A stretch of 63,968 nucleotides of DNA, filler included, from Blastocystis sp. subtype 4 (lineage: Eukaryota), in the NCBI RefSeq assembly GCF_000743755.1. It is 3 parts of 3 records of this genome, joined end to end, with 100 filler letters (N's around TTAATTAATTAA, not from the genome) between each part and the next. Parts side by side here need not be neighbours in the genome. Positions count along the whole stretch, not along the records: positions 1 to 22,951 come from NW_014569372.1; 2 more parts are not named here. The stretch is one strand, 5' to 3'. Positions 1-16,376 of this stretch are shown in pieces. Position 1 is the stretch's first letter. The number at the start of each line of letters is the position of its first letter. Below the pieces are notes generated by a model. It was not told where the DNA came from. It searched no databases and saw only the letters and a list, made by a program, of their open reading frames with translations. The translations under genes and the position numbers were made by a program.

Positions 1-78
1 CCTATGGATACTCCACTAATTCGGAACAATCGATATACAGACTCAGCATCACTCCTCAAAGAGTTTAAGAGTAGTTAG
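1..78 (+). CDS. 3' end of an unidentified gene entering from the left (partial)
   Basis: Frame 1 is open from base 1 to TAG at 76-78, followed by TGTTTGTT at 87-94. Confidence 0.35.
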   Translation, partial: PMDTPLIRNNRYTDSASLLKEFKSS

Positions 79-146
79 TTTCAGATTGTTTGTTATAAGA
101 AACAGGCTCTTCCCCTCCAATCTGATTTGTTCTGATTAAGAACCCA

Positions 147-1683
147 TTAGACATCAGGATCAGAATTCAAATCATCTTTCATAATATTCCAATTTACCTT
201 ACGTCGATGTCCAGGGATACTTCGGTTGTTTCTTCCAAACCGATCTGGTTCTATTCGCTCCTCTTCAGGACCATTAGGGAATGGCCGATTTCCATTCGTC
301 ATTGGAGGATGTCCAAACTCAGAATGAAAGGCTTGATGTTGATAGTTTGAATTAGACACGGAATTCCGATATTCTCTTCCATACTTCAAGTACTCCTCCT
401 TCGGATATCGATTGGAATAGTTCAAATCGTCTCTGGATCTGTTTACAGAATTCGAAGCTTCTCTACTAATGTTATCTGTAGAGAACATTCGTGATGTATG
501 AGACATCGGTAAAGGTTCTTTCACCTCTTGCGCTGGAATAAAATATGAAGAATCAACACTTTCAGGATAAGTATGAAGAAACTTACAATTCTTCCTCTGA
601 CACTGACCACGAAGAAAATCACGACAAATTTGTGTATTATGCTATAAATCACTTTTTTTAAAATGTTAATACTTGATGTAATGTATCATTGTAGGTAGGA
701 ACTAGGATTGATAATTACATCGAGTCTTACCATCATATACATGCATAAAACGACAATTCTCTCCTCTTTTACACTGTCCATTCCGGAAATCACGACAAGC
801 ATAAGGAAGTTTTCGATTCAAATGTTCAGTTGGTAGAGGAGTTACATGAGATCGCTCTGGTATAGGGTCAAGACACGGTGAATGTGAAATCTGGACAGGT
901 GGTTTCTCCATTTCTTCTCTTGCTGGTAACATCAAATGATCATCTGCAAATTACTACAAATACTCAAAAGAACCATGAAAGGAAACAGAATCTACTGAGC
1001 GAAGATTTAAAGAAGAAAGAGGATGTAATGAATAGGAACGTGGAAGATAAAGATCAGAATGGATTGGCTCGCCGTTGGTTACTGGACTAGAGTACATGCG
1101 AAGATGGTGGTTAGAAGGATCAACAGAATATGGTACTTGAGGTGGATAATAGACATTGACTGAATCCATCTCTGAATACAGAGGTGGTTCACTTGATAGT
1201 GGTTCTTGAACCTGAAAATGCCTGGGATATGAAATCGACATTCCATCATTGTAATTGGCTACCTCTGAAGGCTGAACTAGCGAAACCGCTTTTCGATGAC
1301 CATTTCTACCATTTTCGTATTCAAAATCATGCTGTAAAGCACTTGTGTTCGAAACAGAATAACGGTTCAGTAGATCATAAGGATTACTATGAACAACTTC
1401 CGTAAGATCCAAGCGATAATCTTCAAAACCATCAGCATTCTCTTTAGAGGATGCATCTCGTTCAAACATCATAGAATGATGAAGGCTACGCTGTCGTGAA
1501 GAATGGATTCCTGAATTTGCATCAAAGTCACTCGTATTATACAAGTCCAAACGATCTCCCGTTGAGCTCTCTAGTTTTGTACGTGTATAGGGCTTCACGT
1601 CTCGCACTTCATCTAAGAATTATTCATTCTTACCAATATGCCCAACACTCTGACGCAGTTTGTCTGTGATATGCTTGCGACAT
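147..1683 (-). CDS. CCCH-type zinc-finger protein, multi-exon
   Basis: ORFs 954-1607, 702-935 and 147-524 are joined by short introns (e.g. 30-nt GT-AG at 944-973). Two C-x7-C-x5-C-x3-H motifs (CRDFRNGQCKRGENCRFMH; CRDFLRGQCQRKNCKFLH). Start is uncertain. Confidence 0.7.
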
Positions 1684-1885
1684 AATTATGCCAAGAAACA
1701 AAGAGACTGAAAGAGAACTATCAGTAAGTTAAGTTCAAAAAGACTACTATAGAAAGATGGCACGCAACAGACAAATGGATTCTAATTACTTGAATGAATA
1801 AAGCAACTCTCCCGCGGGAAAGACTTTGAAAAGAAACAAACAGTTGTATCAAATAAATATGTAGATCGATATCAGGAACAAAGAA

Positions 1886-2482
1886 CTACAGGCCTAACAA
1901 TGAATCCAATTGATTCTGCAATTCGACATCAACAGCAGTCTTTGAACCTTTCGAATCAAATTTTGTGGATTTGGAATGAGAAAATGTTTTCTCTTGATTT
2001 AACGATGACATTATGGGATCAGAAGTTTCATTATCGGATGTATGTGTTGAAGTGAATAGAGAAGAGATGTTGTCGTCATAGAACTCGCTGGCGAACAAAT
2101 CGGCAGTTGGGATCTGCTGGAGACTGGTAGCAAGACTTTCAATATTCTATTCTTCATGTAAATCCTCCGAAGATACGGGAAATAAAACACTTTGTTGTCG
2201 ATCTTTCATGTCGATTTGCTTTGCATAGTCTGAAAATTCGCATTCTCGAATGTATAATTTGGGAAGAGTAAGTATATCACAAGAAGGAGCTTCTTGTACC
2301 TCATCATCTGTTGAATCCTCTTCATACTGCTTGTTTACTTCTTCTATTTTTTCATCTTCTTTGATAGAAGAAGTATTCTTCTCTTGATATCGTTTAGCAT
2401 GCGCTTCACGTATTTCCCTACGAGAATTCTCAGAAAGAGTTCCCCGATGCTTCGATCGATAGATTAATCTCGATCTTCCCAT
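1886..2482 (-). CDS. hypothetical protein, two exons
   Basis: ORFs 2147-2482 and 1886-2098 are joinable by a ~30-nt intron. Minus-strand TGTTTGTT at 1835-1842. Confidence 0.55.
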
Positions 2483-2542
2483 AGTGTTAAGAATGGAATG
2501 AACATAGTCTATTCTTCGGGAATAGGATTTGGATTTTAAACA

Positions 2543-2809
2543 ATGCCATTTCGTGCACCTAAATGGTTGGATGGGTCTACGTTGGGTTTAGTGTGCTATG
2601 CTCATGTTCGTCTAGAATTAATATCTGGATCATGTGTGGAATTCTTGTAGGTGGTGGAACACTATACGAATGGAAGACAGGTCGGTTTAGAGGGAAGCAA
2701 CACGATCGTTGGAGTGTATATATGGCAATTGTGTATGTTGATGATATAGGATGTTACCAATGCTTCGAATAATGTAACGGAAGAGGATGACGACGATGAT
2801 GATGAATAA
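2543..2809 (+). CDS. small single-TM protein (~62 aa) with acidic tail, three exons
   Basis: Manual splice gives MPFRAPKWLDG(ST)INIWIMCGILVGGGTLYEWKTGRFRGKQHDRWSDVTNASNNVTEEDDDDDDE*. Two GT-AG introns; TGTTTGTG downstream at ~2838. Confidence 0.55.
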
Positions 2810-3036
2810 ATTGCGAAATCACTTTCTTTTTCTTATTTGTTTGTGAGAATATGTTTACTTTGATTTCTGGATCCATTGAATCCAATTCCTACTTTACCCA
2901 AGTATTTCGCTCAATCACGGTAGGATATGCCAAGGGACTTACTGCATCGGCTTAATATCATCTAGAAGCGAGTTAGAACAGATAAGGAACAATCACGGGA
3001 ATAATACTATTCCATTGGAGCGCCATTCTAAGGATT

Positions 3037-4780
3037 ATGAATGTGTCACATACAAATATTCCGACTCCATACTCTCAGCAGTTTCGTGAGTATCTTGGAA
3101 ATCGAATCCACTATCGTTCTCTTTTGTGGATCTTCTTTTTTATCAATCTTCTGAACTACGTGGAGAGATCTATCATTCCTGGAAGTGTTGTGGAGATTGA
3201 AGAGTTTGTTGGAAGAGTAATTGGGCATGACCCAGCAACTTTCGTAGGCATGCTTCAAAGTGCATTTATTCTTGGTTTCTCTGTTGCGTGTGTTGTTTTT
3301 GGTTTTTTTGTTTCCCTTCAATCTCCATTCTCTGTTATTTGTATTGGATTGGGAGTTTGGACTGCAGCAACAGTTATGAGTGGGTGTGCATGGAATTATG
3401 CATCCATGTTTATTGCCCGGTTATTTAGTGGAGTTGGAGAAGCTGCATTTCAGATTGTTGTTCCTGCATTTATTGATGATTATTCTCCAAAGGATTTAGT
3501 GGGCTCTTCCATGTCGATTCTCTATATGGCCATTCCAGTAGGTACAGCAATTGGATACACTCTTTCTGGGTATATTGCTGAGCACTATTCCTGGAGAATC
3601 ATGTATATGATCACTGCTCCCTTAATGGTCCCTTTCTTGATCATTCTTCTGTTTTATCCAATCGAATCAGTCTCCGAAGATCATGATCCAAGCACTCCTC
3701 TGTGTGTTGAGAACGAAGATGCGGAGAAACAAGAAGTGACTCCGACCGAGAAGGAGAAGGAGTGTTTGGATGCAGAAGATGGATCTAAGGGAGAAGAAAA
3801 ACTGGAGGCGAGATCATGGGTCGTATTGAAGGGTATTGGAACTATGCTTATTACGCCTACTTTCCTTCTTGCAGTGATTGGAGAAGCTGGATGTGTGTTT
3901 ATTTCCTCTGGGTTCACTTCTTTTGGAAATGTTTTTTTGATGAATCTCAATTTGTTCTCTACCGAGTCCTTGAGTGCTCTTGTTGTGGGATGCACTGGGT
4001 GTCTTGCTGGGGTGATTGGTAATGGCGTGATCATGGACTTATCTCTAGGTGCTTCATTAGGAGGTTACACATTGGATTGGCAACTGCGGTTACGAGATTC
4101 CTTTAGCAATCTGTACAATTATTACACGCATCTTTTTTTGTGACTATTTTTATCTTACCATAACCAGTAGATTTTCAGTAATTGCAGTAATATTCTGTTG
4201 TTTGGATGCTTTTTGCTTGCGGAATCGTTATCTGTTTATTATTTGCTTCTTCCTTGGATGTGTTGCGATCTTTGCTGCTAATCCTTCTTGGACTCTGGTA
4301 ATTCTGAAGACATCACCTCCTGATGTACGTTCATTAGCTGTTGGAATTGCCACAATTATGTACCATTTTCTTGGAGATGTTCCTTCGCCCATAATCATAG
4401 GCAAGATGATTGATGTATGGGTTGGAAGAGCGGGAGATGATCCAGTGAAGAGATATCAGGCTTATTACCATGTTCTTCAATTAGTCCTGTTCATGTCGAT
4501 TATTGTGGTAGGAAATGAGAAGAGATCTGAATTGAAGGTTCTGACATGGGGTCTTGGGTATTTGTTGACGTATATTATGGAGTTTAAGAAGGAGAAAGAA
4601 TCGATTCCTCCAGTAGCTAATGAAAGACAAAGTGTATTAGAAGATAATAATGTAATTGTTACTGTGAGTCAGAAAACAATTGATTCTTTGTCTGATTCAC
4701 TGGTCATTGTTCACAGTGATGAGGAGACTATCTCCCAAAGTCCTATTCAACCAGTATCTAGTAACAATATAGTTGTCTAG
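3037..4780 (+). CDS. MFS transporter, Spinster (SPNS)-like
   Basis: Motifs INLLNYVER, LQSAFI, ARLFSGVGEA, AIPVGTAIGY and HFLGDVPSPIIIG; many TM segments; ~30-nt introns near 4019, 4140 and 4508. Confidence 0.85.
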
Positions 4781-4803
4781 AATTTGTTTTTGTTGCAAAC
4801 ACT

Positions 4804-7800
4804 TCATTCATTCCAATCATCATCATCTCGACTCCGTTTCTTTCCTGTCAACTTCCTGGACTGATGACTCTTAGAGCACGACGATTGCTCATCACTCTCT
4901 TCATGAATATCATCCGTTTCATCAAGATCTGTATGACTATTTGTATCACTTCGACTAGCTTTCTATTCATCACTCCTTCCTTCATTCTCTACAGATTGAT
5001 AACTCTGTACTGATAGAAAATCACGGGAATATTTGGTTAATTCATCAGGATCCACAAAAGGATCTCCAGTAAGTTGTATTTCTTGTGCATTTCCCATATA
5101 CCAAAGGGCCATATGACGATTCACACAATCAATACGGAAAATGGATTGACGATAATCCTGGAGAATTTGTAACACTTGATTCCGATATCCATTGAGAGCG
5201 ATAACTTCTTTTCGTTGAACAAAGAGAGCATAGCAAGCCTACGTAATACGATGAACCAACTCCTACAATAAGTTCATTACAAAGAGGTTCAGTGAAAGCA
5301 GTATGAAGATGTTTCAAGCAAGAGAGTAGAACTTTGTCCACAGTGTACAAAACATACCCTCCAGCTCCAACCAACTGATGACATTCCTCTTCAAACATCG
5401 GATTATCGATTTCACCTCGAACTAGCATAATTACTGACCCTAAGATTTGTTGAAGTCGTTCTGTAGCAGAAAGATTCACATCAGGATAATTCATATGAGC
5501 TTCTCTCACAACTATGAAGTCAGTCATTCATTCAATTCTTACTAGTATTAGAAATACCCAGTTCCTTTCTATCACTACTATGAAGACAGAGTTGACTGAC
5601 TTGGGACACTCGAGAATATAAAATCTATACATCAAATCTGCTAGATAACGATACTTCATAATAACGGAAAAAGGCATATATAATGGTATTCCCAAATACA
5701 GTATTATATTCATTTGTTTGATCATCATTTGGAGTTTCAATACAAGATATGTGTGGATCGATATGATCATGAGATTGAGTGAAGAGAGAGTTTTCCTGCA
5801 TATCACAATACTGATAAACAACCTACCTTCTCACATTGATCAATTATATCTTCAGATAACTGAAACATTGAACAAACCAAGTATTTTAGGAATACCCGAA
5901 ATCGTTTCAAATCTGTATATGCAAGGGATCTCTTCGCACTAGCTAGTAGAATCCTCAATACAAATCGATGAATGTTTTCATCAGGCAAATGAAAACGCAT
6001 TTGAGGAGACCGCTTATCATATCCTTCCAGTTTGGCTTGAGAGTAGAGAGAAGGAACTAATTGAGATAGACTATCAAGTGTCTGTGACTATTCAATAAGA
6101 TAAGGAATGAGAATGATACACGAATACTATCAACAAATGCTTTCAAGTTAATATTTCGTTTATCCTGAGTCTTGAATGTATAACTGTATGTATCAAGAGA
6201 CTTAACATAATTTGACTTTTGTAATTCTCTCCATTTCTATGAATCAACCCATAATCAAAATCACTGACTGTTTCTAATAGACTTTTTTCTCGAATCCAAA
6301 TATCTTCCTTTTCTTCCATTCGCTGAATAAGTCGAGGGATTGTTGTCTTTGGAGCTTCTACTAACATCTTCACGTTACTCACATATCACAATGCACTTAC
6401 TCGAACAACTACCTGATCCAGTCCTCTCTCTGTATACAATCTTCGTATTGTTCTCCAATCCATTTGAGACAATGCATCCATCTTCAAACGAACTGGTTCT
6501 GTTTGACACTGATTCAACTCATTGAGAAGAATCTTCAATGAACCCATACAGTGTCGATTCGTCTCAATTAGGATGTCTGTTTCATATCGATCATCTTCAA
6601 CTCGATATAGGGCTTCTGCATAAGTATTACGATGATAATCCTATCAGTTATGATTCTTCCAATCATTTACTCCTGACGTGAAATCTTCAGATCCTATTGG
6701 ACATGAGATCCAATTGTCATTCAGAATCCGTCCCTCGAGATACGTTCGTTGGGATCCTCCACGATGAAGGTAATCAGAAGGTAGAAGATGATATGAAGGA
6801 GTACATCGGGGAAGTTTCTTCACTTGTTCAGGGAGTAAAGCAGCTGGTTCGGTAGTAATCTAGAATAAATAAATACATCCGTACATACAAATTCTTGCTG
6901 GATTCCATGATGTGTCAAAAAACCATCAATAGTTTGTAGAATCTGTGTTTGCTTAGGATACAACATTTGGAGAAGAGAAATGAACTCTGCTAGTGAGATG
7001 ATTTCCTTTAGGTTATCATGGATTGGAAATATATACCTTGTTGAAGAGTAGACAGATCTTGACAAAATAATGATACTTTCTGGGACCTCCAAGCATCCGT
7101 AACGATTCGAGAGAGTGGATGTCAGATGGCTGTAGTTGGATACGATTATCAACACAAGGCCTCTTCGAAGGCTGCTTTGGGAGAATTCCATCTCTTTGAG
7201 AGGCTAGAGGAACACCTTGCAATACTGGAACAGAAGAGTACGATTGAGCAGAATAAATAGGCTGATAGACAAGAGGTGGAGCAGTGGACGAAACTAATGA
7301 AGGCAAGACAGGATAATAAGTAGACTGCAATTGTAAAGGCGTTGAAGAAATATTAGTCGACATACCATTCGCAGGAGATGACTGAATCAGACTTACCGCA
7401 TTTGAACGGCTTTCAGGTGGAAGGAAGCAAATGAAGTCCTTAATGAGATCTTCTTGATCCTGAAACAATTGTTTCACTTCTTGAACAACATAATCAAGGG
7501 AGTTAATTCCAGACAAATAGTTTTTTAGGAGAGACATAAACTTCTGGTATGTATCGACACCACGATCTGCAAAACGTTCACGAATACGATTTACAAATTC
7601 CTTTGCATGTCTAATTAAATTACCATTCTTAATAAAACCTACTGAGCGTCAACTTCACCAGAAGGAATAAGGAACTCTGTCTTTTTGGTTGCAACGTCTT
7701 CTCCAGGAAGAAACTTACGAAATTCGCTAACGAGATTCTGATTATCTTTTAGCATCTTATACACTTGTGTGACCATACTTTCATATCCAATTCTAGAGCC

Positions 7801-8009
7801 ATTACATAGTAAATAATATGGTAGTACTCTCCTTTATCATATCCGATGATCACTTTTAAGAAGAGAAGAAAAGTCTCTGATTCACCTCCACATTGTTTTT
7901 TCAACTATTTCTCATTTCGGATTAGCTGTCAAACTACCTGCTGGATAAACATCCATCCTGGATTCGTTTCTTCATCCGTCGGTGGTTTATTCGGTTTGTC
8001 CAGATCCAT
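4804..8009 (-). CDS. SIN3: SIN3-like co-repressor (PAH repeats, HDAC-interaction domain, Sin3 C-terminal region)
   Basis: Spliced PAH motifs (VTQVYKMLKDNQNLVSEFRKFLP; VKQLFQDQEDLIKDFICFLP), CTPSYHLLP...LNDNWISCP and FEEECHQLVGAGGYVLYTVDKV. ATG at 8009, stop at 4804-4806. Confidence 0.85.
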
Positions 8010-8204
8010 ATTACTGGAAAGGACTTATATTTGGTATTTGTTTGACTGCAACAATAATCGTCCCGAAAACCGCCAATGGAAGAATAGCCAAGAAGAATGG
8101 ATTTTGTTAATGCTTGCAGAGACCGTTGTACAGTAATATGAACGGTCGTTAAAAACGAGTTTAGAAGAAATATACAACAAACAGGAAAACAAAGAATACT
8201 CAAC

Positions 8205-8968
8205 TTACATTATACTGCAACAAGAGTTCATCTTTTTTGCCTGCTTATAGAACATCTTGGATTCTGCTAGTTAAGGTTCTTCCAAAGAAGTAACATCAAG
8301 GATATGATCAGAAAGGTCATTCGACTTTCCTACAAGATCATCCAACTTTGTACCACGTTCCAATACACTATCAATTGTACGATTCTAGTTCAGACACTTC
8401 AAACACACCCTACAAGAACTTCTTTTGTTTCGTCAATCTGTGTATTGATTTGTGTGATCTTATCACACTTTGCAGGATCCTGATAATCTTGAAGTGTCTT
8501 TGAAAGTGTTGTAATTGGGAACTGATTATCTTCCTTTGCGTTCTTCCAACGGGCACTACCATCTACACGACGACAATCACCTACATATACTTTGTGTCGA
8601 ATTCTTCCAACAATTTTGATTCAAGATTAAACGCAACACGAGCGGGATATTCCTTGTCTGTGACAACTACGGCTCCGAGACCATCTTGACGAAGATAACA
8701 ATGACACATATAATCTATGAATCACCCTACAGAAACTTCTCATACCCTCATGAGAAACGCTCTGTCTCTCCGAAGGATTGGTTCGCTGAATAAGTGTTCG
8801 CGAGATGAAGGTCAACATTTGCTTCACTCTATATTCGCAAGCCGTTATCGGATCCTACGTCGTCTTTTGGAAGTAACTAAACTGCGACAGTTCACATTCT
8901 TGACACAGTACAATAGGTTCAGGTGTATCTCGTTTCCATTTCAGGATAGCAATGCTCAAAACTTTCAT
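8205..8968 (-). CDS. YKT6: YKT6 longin R-SNARE
   Basis: Spliced protein MKVLSIAILKW...ELSQFSYFQK...DKEYPARVAF...LERGTKLDDLV...SKMFYKQAKKMNSCCSIM* ends in a CCaaX prenylation motif. TGTTTGTT at 8176-8183. Confidence 0.93.
8264..8305 (-). other. U12-type intron with AT-AG termini (42 nt) in YKT6
   Basis: 5' ATATCCTTG, branch-site-like ACCTTAAC, 3' CAG. Removal restores NDLSD-Q-SKMFYKQA. Confidence 0.8.
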
Positions 8969-9102
8969 TATGCGTGTACTACAAGGAAAACAAAAGAAAT
9001 GAGACACAATAGCTGGAATACTTTGAATCCCGTGATTCCAGCTTGGCAAAATGATTCGCCTTTTATGTCATCCTATTTACACTATTTCTCAACAAACAGA
9101 CC

Positions 9103-10948
9103 AAATGAACTGTTCTTCACCCTCAAATCCTGTCGGCTGACCCCCAGTGGTAATGCAACACACCTTGTAGATTTCTCCCATCTCTTCCTTCTTTACAAGT
9201 CGCTCTGCACTCTTGATAATATCGTCGACTTTGTTGTCATCTTCTACCGTCTCTGCCATCTGTCGTACTCGTTCTTCAATGCCCAATCCACACAGAAAAT
9301 ACCCCTAGAGTCTCACTCCATTTCCTTTCTCTCACCTGAGGAATCGGTCCATGGTAATGAACCAAATCTGACTTACTATTCTCCACTACCTTCCCTAGAC
9401 TCCGGAAGTCGACATCCGCGGTAATATCGATCTTTCCAGGCTCTTGAAGATAAGGGACAAACTGATGGTTTTTGATTCCACGCAAACTATTCTTGGCAGC
9501 ATAATTATTACCATAATCAATAAATAATGCACTTCCTAATTCTCATTCTAATAATTCATTCTCACCTTTTGTCTCTTCAAGCCACATGATGATGTCTTGA
9601 ATCAACATACTTGCTTCAGGACATACTTCAATCGTATCTCCTTCTTTCGCATCATACACATTAAGACTCCTTGCAGGCGGTTTGGTCTGAGAGGAGTAAC
9701 CCTTCTGTTGCATGGCAAAATCGATGTCCTCTGTAACATGAATCGGCTTCTCTTTCTTTGATGACAAAGGCATTCCATCAGGACCTAGAATACCTGATTT
9801 TGCAACCTCTTTCTCCAACATCTGTTTTCTCTTCCGAATATGTTCCAAAAATGCTATTCATTACAGTTCTAGAAGATACATACCACTCTCTGCTTGATTG
9901 GTTGCTGGTTCCACTTGCTCTCCCTCAAACAACCCTCCTAACATGGCTGTGGTAGCAAGGTTGTTGTGAGGACAGAGTATCTCCTTGAATTCTGGCTCTC
10001 CAGGAGTAACCTGGTTCACGGATTCCACTGCCTCCTCAGGACCCTTGACTAGCGGAGCTGACGCATGATCCGAGTCTTTCTGGGAGGCTGGAGAAGCATC
10101 GTCCTCAATCCAATCCACATGCCCCTTCAAATCAATCAGGATCTCTCTCCAGCCCTTCTTCGTGTATTGAAACTTCTGAATGGGAAGTGCATCGAGAAAT
10201 TCGTGACCAATAATCAAGGTTGGATAGGTGTGTGGAACTGAAGCAATTGTATTGTGCCAGAAGACATCATTGTTGGAAGGATCACGCAGTTTCATATGTT
10301 CCTTTCCAGTAACCACATCAATCTGTTCCTCTTTCTCTAAAGGTCTACGGGAGAGAACCATCCAATTCCATACTTGCAGTCAAGACTATACTTTTGCTTC
10401 TTTCTCATTCCTGGACTCATTTCAACTAGATGAATGTCTAAACCATTGAAGAAACCCGGAAAATGTCGGGCTGCTCGCAACAGATCATGCATCAAGGTAC
10501 CTCTTCCAGGACCTAATTCAACTAACTCCATCTTCTTAGGTTTTCCGAATTGCTCCCACTGGGTCACACACCAGATTCCCAGAAGTTCTCCAAACACTTG
10601 ATTAATCTCGGGAGAGGTAATAAAGTGAGATTGTTCCTTACCGATCACATCACAGTTGTGATAGAAACCAAGAGTAGGATGTGTAAGAGCCAATTTCATA
10701 TACTCTGCAATTGTTAATGGTCCTTTTGATATAATAAGGGTTTTTAGATGCTCTGCAAGCGTTTTCGGGTCTGATGCACTTCGCTCTGTTTATTATCCAT
10801 CATTATGCATCAAATTACTTGTGAATCCATCTGGATTTACTGCTGAGTAAAACCGTATTGATGTTCTCAAAAGTACTGTCTTCGACCTGATTCCATGACT
10901 CTATTCAAATTAATGTCCACCTCTAGGATCTACAGCGAATGACAGCAT
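9103..10948 (-). CDS. NDUFAF7: NDUFAF7/MidA SAM-dependent arginine methyltransferase (complex I assembly)
   Basis: Motifs FITSPEINQVFGELLGIW, VELGPGRGTLM, HEFLDALP, PGKIDITADVDF and MGEIYKV, with a presequence-like N-terminus (MLSFASHGIRSKTVLLRTSIRFYS). The stop is predicted from T9103 plus poly(A); the genomic stop would be at 9089. Confidence 0.9.
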
Positions 10949-11227
10949 TTAAACAACAAACACTACAATCGAATGATCAACAAGATTCTCAGATCTATTT
11001 CTCTTTTATCAATGCTGTGATTTTACTATATAATTGGAGCATAATATAGAAGAAAGGACCATTCATCGTTCCCTTCTTTCAGTATACCTATTCGAAACAG
11101 CTCAGCTATTCACATTTAGATGTTGCAATCACTTCAACAGATAAGGAACACTAAGACTATCTCGTACAGAAACAAACAGAAGTAGAAGGTGAACACTGAA
11201 AAACACTTTCCACAGTAAATGACCTGC

Positions 11228-11429
11228 TCATGATTCATCATCCCCAGTACCTTTCTTACGATACTTCTTTTCAATGATTGTAATCTGTTGATAACAGCAG
11301 AATGAAATTACCTACCACTTCTTCTGCATGTTTTGCCCAATACTTTATGTTGGGGACATTGTAGTTTTGATCAATATAAACCCCTGCTAAAAATGAAACA
11401 GTGCCAACAAGGAAGTAGTAGTTAGGCAT
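11228..11429 (-). CDS. STMP1: STMP1/DUF4535-like short transmembrane mitochondrial protein
   Basis: Two exons give MPNYYFLVGTVSFLAGVYIDQNYNVPNIKYWAKHAEEVITIIEKKYRKKGTGDDES*. The G-x-Y-x-x-QNY-x-x-PN motif matches the family. Confidence 0.75.
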
Positions 11430-11581
11430 CAGGAAACAAGCTAATAACAAAATCGAAAGCAAGAGTTTCACTCCAGTGAAACGTCCAGATTAGAATGTGA
11501 ACAGAGGGGATCCCAACTGTCTTATAGTACCCTATTCTTGTTGAATCCTTTAGATTATACTGAAGAAACAAGCAAAATAGG

Positions 11582-12233
11582 TTACACATTCAATCGAATC
11601 AGATAAATCGAATAAACATCCCGACCTTCCTCCTTCATATCATAGGCAGTCACAGTACATGGAAATCCAGCTGCTACCATGATCCCACGAATGATGCCTC
11701 CAACAAACGAACAGCAACTAAACTCACCCAACTCCTACATTTCAACATCAGAGCAAATCCAAACCTTTGGAACCGATATGTACTTGCTGCAGAGAGGATG
11801 GTTATCTGTAAGCATATACTCATTGGGATTATCGGCCCCCCTTTCTAAGGCGTCGACATTTCTGCCAAAGAGATACTTCCAGCAAGAAGAACTAATGAAC
11901 TGTAACACTTCCATTAACTTTGTTGGCCGTTTTCCAGGTTTCAACTTGGAATACAGAATCTCCAAAATCTTAAACCCAATATCAAATCCACATTGATCAA
12001 TTCTAGATTTGTAATCCTTCCTTGGAAATGCTCACTTTTGTTCCAAATCTGTACTGCTGGAGACTCTTCGTTTTTGATAACTGATGAACTCGGAAAACAG
12101 AAAAGAAAACGAGCTCTCACTGACCTATACGTTAGGCTTCAATCAATCATCACTTTCCTACTTGAGGATACTGACTTTCAATAGGAATTGATAGCTTTGA
12201 TCGTGCTCCTGTATTAGAGTAGTGGAACTGCAT
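11582..12233 (-). CDS. TRAPPC5: TRAPP complex subunit 5 (Trs31)
   Basis: Motifs VSESSFSFLFSEFISY, WKYLFGRNVDALER, YISVPK and CCSFVGGIIRGIM; three ~30-nt introns. Confidence 0.88.
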
Positions 12234-12243
12234 GTTTATGAGT

Positions 12244-12300
12244 GTGGCGCAAAACGAGGCAGTAATGAAACGCCTGCTTCGTCGCAAAACCCCGCCAAAA
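12244..12300. promoter_or_regulatory. E2F-like sites in the TRAPPC5/SMC3 divergent promoter
   Basis: GGCGCAAAA and CCCGCCAAAA (reverse TTTTGGCGGG) lie within the 97-nt intergenic region upstream of a cohesin gene. Confidence 0.3.
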
Positions 12301-12330
12301 CGAGGATAGGTGCCACATTCTATCTTTTGA

Positions 12331-16341
<4,011 letters not shown>

Positions 16342-16376
16342 TATAAATCTTCTATGTTTATTGATGAAAACAAATG

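Noticed and set aside
8717..9424. 235-aa + strand ORF
   Set aside because: Antisense to YKT6 and NDUFAF7 exons with no recognisable motifs; treated as a shadow ORF, like most short antisense ORFs in the track.
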